A DNA stretch of 32,000 nucleotides from Candidatus Peribacteria bacterium. Its GTDB lineage: Bacteria; Patescibacteriota; Gracilibacteria; BD1-5; UBA6164. Below are positions 10,742 to 19,651 of the stretch, in pieces. The notes under the pieces were generated by a model. It did not search any database and had not been told where the DNA came from. It saw only the letters and a program-made list of their open reading frames with translations. The DNA is taken from contig CP060226.1 in NCBI GenBank assembly GCA_023898505.1, positions 538,152 through 570,151 on the forward strand, read 5' to 3'. The position numbers and the translations under genes were made by a program. Numbering within the stretch: position 1 is the first letter of the stretch; every line of letters starts with the position of its first letter.

Positions 10742-11209
10742 CTACTTCCTTACTGATACAAACCACCTTGGAATACTATTATCAGAATTATGCCAAAGTC
10801 AAAGAAAATCATCTTTTCGTAAGCGTAATAATCCAAGAATACTATCGAAAAAATAGAGTGCCTCCTCATCATACGAATCGATGACAGAATAATGCCCTAA
10901 GTTGCTAGTAACATTGAAATAATTTACGATGACTTTATCTCCCCTATCAATCTGCTCTTCAATATCCTGAATCGTTGCATTAACTTTCTCTTCAGTAACC
11001 TCTAGACCAACATGTTTACACGTACGAACGATATCTTCATTTTGACACCCGATTGGCACTGGCTCGGGCTTACAGATGTCTACGATTTCCTCCTCCGTAA
11101 GTGCCGTATCTTCAAATCGCTGTAACGCATTGAGCACAGCTACAGGCCCACAAGCAAATGGTTCTTTCTGAATATGGAGTTGTTGTTGGTATACTTCATG
11201 GATGATCAT
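10742..11209 (-). CDS. Papain-fold cysteine peptidase, C39-like
   Basis: A candidate catalytic Cys lies in FACGPVAVLNAL and a candidate His in LGHYSVIDSYD. The frame reads through one TGA to TAG at 10742-10744. Confidence 0.55.
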
Positions 11210-11211
11210 AA

Positions 11212-13197
11212 TTACTTCTTCAATAAATTTACAAATGCCTCACTTGGGAGACTTACCCTACCAAACTGCTTCATCTTTTTCTTTCACTTTTTCTGTTTTT
11301 CAAGGAGCTTTCTCTTACGACTTATATCCCCTCCATAGAGTTTTGCGGTTACGTCTTTTCTGAGGGCCGATATATCTTCACGAGCTACGATCTTTCACCC
11401 AACTGCTGCCTGTATCTTGATCGCAAAGAGCGCTCTTGGCACCACTTCTTTCAGTTTTGCACAAACTTTTCCTCCAACATAGTGCGCCTGCTCACGATGA
11501 CAGATAAAACTAAGAGCATCGACTTTCTCATCAGCAATCAGGATATCAAGTTTCACCATATCATCTTCTTTAAACTTGATAAATTCATAGTTCATCGATG
11601 CATATCCAGAACTCAGTGATTTTATCTCATCATAAAAATCTCCTATGAGTTCATTCATCGGAAGTTCATACACAAGCATCACACGCTCACTATCAATAAA
11701 CTGCTGATTTTTAAAAATTCCGCGGCGTTCTTGAGATAACTGCATAAGTGTTCCGACATATTCTGTCGGAGTAATAACCTCTACTTTTGCGATTGGTTCT
11801 TCGATACTCTGGTACTTTTCTCTTGCCGGGAGATCTTCAGGATTTGAGACATATGCATAGGTAAATACAGAATGTCATCCCGTACTTGATACGGGATCAT
11901 TATTTGTACTTCTACTTTTTCATGATTCTGAATCCGCCGAGTTCTCGGGGCGCGCAAGTTCAGAATGACAGAGTTCAGGTTTAAACCTTGAATACTCACT
12001 CGTCTTATCTCCGATAAACTTAACACGATAGGTTACCTGTGGGGCGGTCATAATCACATCCATATCAAACTCTCTGAACAAACGTTCTTTGACAATATCG
12101 AGATGCAATAACCCAAGAAAACCACACCTATACCCATGTCCCAGTGCTGGAGAAACCGATGATTCAATACTGAGTGCCGAATCATTGAGCACGAGTTTTT
12201 CTACGGCATCTTTCAATTGTGGGTACTCAGAACTATCCATCGGAAATATACCCGCAAAGATAAATGGCTTTGCCTCACTAAATCCAGAGATAGGTTTCGC
12301 ATTTTCTGGTTTTTCTTTTGGTCAGAGTGTATTTGCTGGTTTCCAAAGAGTATCTCCAACTTTTGCGTGTTCCAAGGTTTTCAAACCCGTTACTACATAG
12401 CCTACCGAACCGTTTTCTATGATACCATTGGATGTATAGCGAGGAGCAAAGTACCCAACATCAAGCGCCTCTATCTTTTTCCCAGTATGAAGAAAGTGCA
12501 GCATATCCCCTTTACGAATCTCTCACTGAAATACCTTTACATACGACACTACTCCACGATATGAATCATACTGACTATCAAATACCAAAGCTTTCAGTTC
12601 ATCATCCTGACTATTCACTATTCACTGTTCACTCTTCTCTTTATTATATACCTTTGGCTTCCTCACTCTTTCAATCACCGCATCAAGTACCATATCTACA
12701 TTTTGACCCGTTTTTGCAGAAATTGGGATAATTTCATCTTCGCTACATCCAAGCAAATTGATAATTTCTTCACTGACTCTTGGGATATCTGCTGCTGGAA
12801 GATCAATCTTATTTAATACTGGGATGATATCCAGATCATTTTCGATCGCCATGTAGACATTAGAAAGCGTCTGTGCCTCAATCCCCTGCGTCGCATCTAC
12901 AACTAATAGAGCTCCTTCAACAGAAGCCAGGCTGCGAGACACTTCGTACTGAAAATCTACATGACCCGGAGTATCAATAATATTGAACTCATAGCCCTTC
13001 CATTGCATACGTACCGGTTGCAATTTAATCGTAATTCCGCGTTCCTGCTCAAGCTCCATCGTATCGAGCATCTGACCATTTTTCATCTCACGCTTATCCA
13101 GTGTTCCTGTGATTTCTAGGAACCTGTCAGCCAAAGTTGATTTCCCGTGATCTATGTGCGCAATAATACAAAAATTTCTAATCTTTCCGAGTTCCAT
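11212..13197 (-). CDS. lepA: Translation elongation factor 4 (LepA), with an in-frame repeat insertion
   Basis: The N-terminus [20 protein letters not shown] is a GTPase G1 motif, and the C-terminus [27 protein letters not shown] is a LepA hallmark. Five track fragments share one frame and are joined only by TGA. Confidence 0.92.
11873..11970. repeat. Family A double-hairpin element inside the lepA coding sequence
   Basis: The sequence tgtcatcccgtacttgatacgggatca...catgattctgaa[tccgccgagttctcggggcgcgcaag]ttcagaatgaca has the same architecture and orientation as 20079-20155. Confidence 0.85.
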
Positions 13198-13349
13198 ATC
13201 GTGTATTTTAAAACAAAAAAATAATCGTGAGAAATCTTATAGAATTTTCCCTAAAAGTAAAACGATTATTTTTGCATACACGATGAAAATACGCTACAAT
13301 ATACAAGATATGTAAGGGTTTTCTAAAAAATAGAAAATTACAGTAGTAG

Positions 13350-13430
13350 ATTCCTGCACCCCAAGAGTATTGGTTCGAGCAATGGTTCATAAACTCACCA
13401 AGTCTCACTGGCACCTACGCAGGAATGACA
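13350..13430. repeat. Family A-related hairpin with an expanded loop (intergenic)
   Basis: attcctgc and gcaggaatgaca are the same arms as the hairpin at 20363-20386, but here they enclose about 60 nt. Confidence 0.55.
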
Positions 13431-13525
13431 AAAATAGTTCTATTTTCTGTGAAGCGGTTATGGTATTCAATTACTATTTACCTATCGTCCTATTTACCTA
13501 TCCTTTACCTATTTACCTTATCCTC

Positions 13526-13942
13526 ATGGCAAAAAAAATACAAGATATCTACCTCTTTGAAGGGATGGATTCAGACTTCATCACGAAACTAATCGATAAC
13601 TCTCGTACGGAGAGAATACCCGCAGGACAAGCAATTATCGAGCAAGGAGAAAGTTCTGACAACTACGCCTATGTGATAGAAGAAGGAAGCGCCAAAGTCG
13701 ATATCAATGGACAAGAAATTAATACCCTTGAAGAAGGAGATGTATTCGGAGAAATTGCACTTATTACCCATGAACCAAGAACCGCTACAGTCACGACTCT
13801 AACAGAAGTAAAAGTGCTTAAAATCAACAAAAAACTCCTTCAAGATGTCCTCAACACGCTTCCAAATGGAGAACGCCTTAAAAGTATGATTCGAGACAGG
13901 ATAACAATGAATTTACAGAAAGTAAATCATATCTCGATGTAA
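13526..13942 (+). CDS. Cyclic nucleotide-binding domain protein (138 aa)
   Basis: The sequence IYLFEGMDSDFITKLI...GDVFGEIALITHEPRTATVTTLTEVKVLKI is a canonical cNMP-binding fold. I chose the ATG at 13526; the track's longer N-terminus is repeat-rich non-coding sequence. Confidence 0.8.
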   Translation: MAKKIQDIYLFEGMDSDFITKLIDNSRTERIPAGQAIIEQGESSDNYAYVIEEGSAKVDINGQEINTLEEGDVFGEIALITHEPRTATVTTLTEVKVLKINKKLLQDVLNTLPNGERLKSMIRDRITMNLQKVNHISM

Positions 13943-13969
13943 AGAAGCTCCGTACGGAGCTTCTTTTTT
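13943..13969. terminator. Bidirectional rho-independent terminator between convergent genes
   Basis: The stem agaagctccg / cggagcttct has a 2-nt loop (ta) and is followed by a T-run. Confidence 0.7.
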
Positions 13970-15434
13970 ATCGAACCATCACCCAGACAGATCCCCCCAC
14001 CCCTGACGAAATCCCATATGAAGATGCGAGATCTCCTTTTGCAAAACCATGTGTAGTATTGTTTTGATAATTGTTAGCCCAATAATTCCAACGACTCACT
14101 AGAGAATCACAGTTACCCGCTCTACAGCCATGTGCATCTGAAACTCTATATACTGCTATCTCTTCTGTAGAATTAATACAATCTGAGGTACCCAAATCTA
14201 TACCCCCATATGTACTGTCTCTTCGATTTGTAATCAATGACTCTTTATAGGTAGCATAATAAAACCAATACTTTCTTAACCCATTATCATAGGTGTAGTA
14301 GGCTTCATTCTGAATGCATGTTTGTGGAGATATTCAGGTAGACTCAAAAGCACGCGATTGAATAAATCAATTTGGCACAAAAAATCCATAGTACTTCGTT
14401 GTATCTCCATCTATCCCCATAGATACTTCTGTAAACATCAGTTCAGAGGCATCAAGTGAATAATCATATCCTGGGTTTAGGTTCGTAGGAGTATCTCCAA
14501 TAACTGCATCGAAGAAAGTAGCACTGGGATAACTACCATCTGTTACTCATATGAGCATCCAACCGCCTCAGTCTGTAGTCATATCACAGTATACGGAAGT
14601 TTCTGTACTTCCATCTGGGTAAATAGTGTATATATCGGACCCTAAGCTTTTTCCCGCATATAATATATCAAGACAACTTGTAGGATTACTCATATGTGCA
14701 GTGATGCTCAGTACATACAACGTACTTCAAGTTCCCACTGTACTTTTCACGTCTGTGAAATTTGCCGTATAGGTGTCTGTAGTAAGGGCTATGTCAAGGT
14801 AACCTGAGTTTGTTACCGTAGTTACCTCTTGTATCGGAGCATTGGTTCAGGACTGGGTGAGGATACCAAGCTTATGTCCATTTACCGTTGAGTATCTGTT
14901 TGTGTAGTCTGTCGCTGCATGGGCTTGTGGGATGAAAGCTCCCCCTAGCCATGATATCTCCTCACCCCAGCCCTCTCCTTTGAGAGGAGAGGGAGTTATA
15001 GTTCCCCCTTCTCCCACAAGGGAGAGGGGGCTAGGGGGTGAGGGTATTTGTGTAAGAAGGTTTTCCTCTTCTTCAAGAAATGCCATCAATTGGAAGTATT
15101 TCTTATCACTCGTGAGGTAGTAGGAAAAGTAGGTGGAGTCTTTTGGGTCTTTTCCTCCTTTGGTAAAGTCTATCGTTTCAAGAACTCCTTCTCCAGCATA
15201 GCCTTGGTAGGCAATAGTCGTTCCATTAGACTTTACTTCTACGTAGTCATCTGGAAGAGGGAGGTCTTTTTCTGTTCTATAGAGTTCAAGTCCATCATGG
15301 AGTGCCGTAAGTTGAGAGATACGATTCGTATCTCTCGTTCAAGCGAGGTAGGAGCTATATGAGACAAAGCCTACGGTAGAGAGGATACCGAGGATTACGA
15401 CGACTACGATAAGTTCGACTAATGTAAACGCCAG
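13968..15434 (-). CDS. Type IV pilin-like protein with a C-terminal fibrinogen-related domain (FReD); the start codon is uncertain
   Basis: The N-terminus AFTLVELIVVVVILGILSTVGFV is a class III signal/pilin helix. The C-terminal sequence SCLDILYAGKSLGSDIYTIYPDGSTETSVYCDMTTDGGGWMLI is the fibrinogen C-domain signature, with TGA at 14578-14580 as a Gly in DGGGW. No ATG, GTG or TTG lies upstream in frame, so I placed the 5' end at CTG 15432-15434. Confidence 0.75.
14941..15045. repeat. Family B nested palindromic element inside the pilin-like coding sequence
   Basis: ccccctagcc (14941-14950) pairs with ggctaggggg (15030-15039). Inner hairpins are ccctctcctttgagaggagaggg and cccccttctcccacaagggagaggggg. 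The element is related to the intergenic copy at 5073-5110. Confidence 0.85.
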
Positions 15435-15440
15435 CTTGTC

Positions 15441-15500
15441 TGGTCCCGAATGCTCGGGAAGGGTGAATCCTTTACTCCTTCCGTTCGTAGGAAAGGATGT
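15441..15500. repeat. Double-hairpin repeat in the 5' region of the pilin-like gene
   Basis: The hairpins are gtcccgaatgctcgggaa and tcctttactccttccgttcgtaggaaagga. Confidence 0.6.
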
Positions 15501-15583
15501 TTATATTTGTTTGCATACAAAAAAATAGTTTACATATTCACTCCTAGTATAGCGAGAAAGAAAGGAAGAAAAAATGAGGGAAT

Positions 15584-15618
15584 AAAAAACCTCTTTACAA
15601 AATGTAAAGAGGTTTTTT
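15584..15618. terminator. Bidirectional rho-independent terminator after the large pilin-like gene
   Basis: The stem aacctctttaca / tgtaaagaggtt is flanked by an A-run and a T-run, immediately after the TAA at 15620-15622. Confidence 0.7.
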
Positions 15619-15619
15619 A

Positions 15620-18600
15620 TTATTTAAACGGATACTCTGCAAATGCCATATAAATAAATGTTCACCCGGACTCATTATGAGAAGTCCCTCTAAGTTTAAA
15701 TCCATTCGAAAGAAAATCAGCCCAGACAGCATATTGTTCAGCATTATCGGCACTTGCCATAAGGTAATCGCTGATAACATTATAAGGAGAACGCACCGAA
15801 TCTATCATTCACCACTGACTGGTAGAATCTACTCTTTTTGAAAGTATAAATTTCGGCTTAAACCCAGTATATACAAACGGACCATCAGTATTTCCATTTC
15901 CGGTATAACTTCCAAACTTTGAAAAACCAGGTTTTTCAGAAAAAAGATACGCAACGTGTTGTGCACCAACTACATTTGTTGCCGTTGAATCTCAAACTGT
16001 AAAAAAATCATTATCTGGAAGAGTATCATTCCAGTGATTAAAGGTAGAGGGGGTCAAGTCCTCTACATCATTTGTATCTAGAAGCAATCTATATTTTTCT
16101 GAACTAACTCAACCATTAAGATCTTGATGATATAATGGCCAATTACTTACAGAATCTCTATTTTTAATAATCATGACATCCGGTCTTGTTCATAAATTAT
16201 GCGGAATCTTCTTTCCTGCAACACCATCTCATATATACGCGACAATATCAAATCCTGAAGTAGCTGATTCTTTCCAATTCCAAGCCACATAAGTATTCGC
16301 AGCACTATTATAATCTTGTATGGATCCACTTAAAGTAAATCCATTAAAATCAAACGATGTAAAAAAACTAGGAGCCGAATATTCTGAGTCTGTAAGATTT
16401 GAACGTAATTCTTTATCTACTCCTCTGATAGAATCTCGTAACATGTGATCAGCACCAGTTACATCTCTGTTTTTAATCCACACCAAATCTGGCTGAAAGT
16501 TAAGGCCTGTAATATGATGATCTGTTAAGCCGTTTCATGCATAGGTAAGTACATCAAAGTATGCATTTGCATCTTCAATCACAGAAGCATATCCCGTTAC
16601 TAAATTATAGGCATAACTCTGAGGAATAAAATCTGAACTCCAACGAGCTATATCCTTTGAAATACGTATTTCATCCATATATCCATCAAAATAATCACTC
16701 CCTCCACCGTATTTCTTCCCAATAAAGATATCACTATTTAAGTCAGGAAGGATATTACTATCAATCGGAGTAATAGTACTCAGAGGTAAAGCAGAACCAT
16801 TTACATATATACTAAAACCTGTTCCAGACCTGACCGCTGCCACATGATACCACTCTCCTGTACTGAAATTATGCATAGCACTATACTCTGCCAGTATATT
16901 GGAACCACCATTTTTTGAAGTAAAATAGATATCTGTCGCATCCATAGAAATCGTGGTACGGAAGTTTGAGTTTGGACTATCATACATCTGTCCTATAAGT
17001 CCAGCAGAACCGAGACTATTAAAATATATCCAGAAGTCTATCGTAAAATCTCCATCAGCAAAATCCCAGTAAGCAGAGTCTGGTATTTGTAAATAATCAC
17101 CATTCCCATCAAATGCAATACTGGTTGTTCCAATTTTACGTTCATCAGTAGTATGATGTGTGTCGCCATATACCTGTATCGTATGTGCTGATCATGAGAT
17201 ATCTTGGATATCTGTGGATCCATCAGCAGTATTGGAGCGGATAAGAAGCGGGGTATTGGTGTCATAAACAGGAGTAGAATCTGGGAGATTTGAAGTAGAC
17301 AGAGCGGTGAAAGCTATTGGCGGTTCATATTTAAAATATCATCCCGCATTTTCATAATACGTAAGTCAAGATTGTCATCATTGTCAAAAGTTTGAGTTTA
17401 CACTTGAGTTTCGATAATGGTTTATAGCGAAAGTTCAAGATGCGTCTCCTGTCATCGAGATAATTGCCGTTGGATTTACCCCTTGAGAAGGGTTTCCATC
17501 AGTACTTCCGGGGGTGCTTCAAAACCAGACACTATTTTTTCAAAACCATACCTTTCAAGTACTAAAATCTGCTGCAATCATCACTGTATCCCCTACCTCA
17601 ATTTTTGGATATCCTCATACCCAAGACCCATTTTTATAAATTCTCCCATCAGCCGTACCATAGTAGTTTGCATATGAAGCTGATACAAGATTATTATCAC
17701 TATTATAGACTATAAACTCTGGTCTACTAAGCTCAGTAACAGTATCAAGAGAGACAATAGTATGTTCTGTATAATACTTCCCAGAGGCACCGATAGTTTG
17801 AATCGTACTCAAAAAAAATTCATCAGCAGAACTACTCGTATTTCCAATTTGTAAATTTCCATGACTAAAGTCAGAATACTGATACGGACGGAGACTATTC
17901 CAGACAGCAAAATTATTCTGAGGCGTATCAATCACTTGATCAGTACTATCAAGATTATTCGCAGAAAAGTGATGGGCATTTCCACTCGTATCTTTTCCTA
18001 AAATCGAACTATCCGAAAAATTCAGATGAAATCCGTTGGTTCCATAGGTTCCTGTGTATTCTTTTGGTATCCATTTACCATTAGATTGAGATTCTCAGAA
18101 ACTATCTGGAGTGAGTGCTTGTCCATCGATAAAGTATACTTCGGTCATATATCCATCTAAAAAATTCTCAATATTATGCCCCAATGTTTCTTCAAATGCT
18201 CACACATAATGGTTTTGTTGACTATTTATCCACGTTTCATAGTTTAGACTTGGATATGTTGATAATAACAAACCTGTTATTTCTTCTCCATTAACAAAGA
18301 TGGATACCGATGACGCTGTTGTATCAACGGAAATTTGTATATGGTACCAGCTACTTACATCACGAAATTTTGCAGTAGTCTGAATATCTATCTCATGTGC
18401 TCATCAATCATGGTCAGAAGCAAATCTTAGAGTATCATCACTCATAAAAGAGAAAAATGTTTTATTACTATTTCCTCATGACGTTGCAGAAAACAATGTT
18501 TGAGTTCTCTCAAGACCCGATCTTTTTACCCATCCGCTCCACGTCCACTTTCTTCTATCTCAATCCTGAGATGGGGTTCTAGATAAATATGTATCATCTG

Positions 18601-19474
18601 AACTATTAAATCTCAGAGAATTCGTAATTTCAAAAGCATTGCTCACCGTATCCAAGGAATCACTACTAAAGTCACAGGTCACTACCACTGCTCCTGTACC
18701 ACTTGGAAACACTGTAAACTCTCCTGTAGTCCCAGCAAGACTTGGTAGTACCTGCAGTAAATCATCACAATTCTCTACCGTCTTTCCTCCCTGCGATACC
18801 ATATTTGCAAGTGGCGCAAGATTAGTAGCATCTCCAGATATGGTCGTTTCTGGATCTATATGTCCGACAAAATTATCAGACGTAGTTCCAATATCTAGAC
18901 CTCACGAAGCAATAATTGCAGGTAACTCTTGAATTGGAGTATTACTCCCCGATTGTGTCAACACACCAAGAGAATCCCCGGTCACATACACATATCGTTC
19001 ACTATAATCAATATCGCTTGCATGAGCAATACCTCACCCTAGCCCACTCCTTAAGGAACTTGGAGTGATCATAGCATTCAGATATTCATCTGTTTCCAAA
19101 AAACCAAGAAGTTGGTAATACTTTCTATTTTCTCCTACATAATAGGTATAATAGGCATCATCTTGAGGATCCTTTCCGCCATCTGAAAATCAAATCGAAC
19201 CAAGCACTTGTTCGCCAGCATAGCCTTGATACCCAATCGTCGCCCCACTATAACTTACGGTTACATCATCATCGGGCATTGGAAGCAAACGCTGTACACG
19301 ATAGTCTTCTAGCCCTGATCGGATGTTTCATAATACGCTAATTCTATTACCATCTCGTGCTGAACTGATATACCCCGTATAGGTAATAAAAGAAATCCCC
19401 GCCAATATAATCAGTATGGTCGTCGCAACCAAAAGCTCCACCATCGTAAAGGCTCAAGCATTACGCAGTATCAT
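15620..19474 (-). CDS. Giant pilin-like surface protein (about 1284 aa) with LamG-like, SPRY and LamG-like domains plus a duplicated C-terminal module
   Basis: The N-terminus is MILRNAGAFTMVELLVATTILIILAGISF. The first roughly 120 aa are paralogous to gene 13968-15434. The SPRY signature is GKYYTEHTI...GDTVMIAADFSTGKVWFGKNS...NFGQGG...YFKYEPP. The LamG signature is GEWYHVAAVRSGTGFSIYVNG...FDGYMDEIRIS. All track fragments share one frame and are joined by TGA. An alternative ATG lies at 19537. Confidence 0.8.
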
Positions 19475-19479
19475 ACCCC

Positions 19480-19535
19480 TATCCCTCTCGTCCCTCGAGT
19501 ACTTTCCCCTTACAGGAGAAAGAGTTATATCTTTC
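19480..19535. repeat. Hairpin repeat in the 5' leader of the giant pilin-like gene
   Basis: The sequence ccctatccctctcgtccctcgagtactttccccttacaggagaaagag is related to families B and C. Confidence 0.55.
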
Positions 19536-19651
19536 ATATTCTTAAAGATATTGAATAAAACTAAATTTTACAAGATGAGACCCCGAATTCACCGAGATAT
19601 ACGAGTATGGAAATAACATCCCTCCTCCGTATACTTCTCCCCCTCATTTAT

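Noticed and set aside
11212-13197. lepA, rsmA, the S1 gene, the permeases, the symporter and most island genes look like fragmented pseudogenes in the ORF track.
   Set aside because: All fragments of each gene share one frame and are separated only by TGA, never by TAA or TAG. The TGA codons align with conserved glycines, so this is a genetic-code artefact and not gene decay.
13370-13525. A longer N-terminus for the cNMP-binding protein, starting at 13370.
   Set aside because: The extension runs through a hairpin repeat and the tatttacct tandem repeats and has no domain content. The ATG at 13526 starts directly at the cNMP-binding fold.
14847-15120. ORFs on both strands that encode PSPLSL/GEG-rich peptides.
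   Set aside because: They arise from the palindromic family B element. The minus-strand frame is simply part of the pilin-like gene, and the plus-strand frame is its mirror image.
19475-19537. An upstream ATG at 19537 as the start of the giant pilin-like gene.
   Set aside because: It would add a 21-aa leader translated from a hairpin repeat. The ATG at 19474 gives a typical short prepilin leader. This remains possible, so I note it in the feature evidence.
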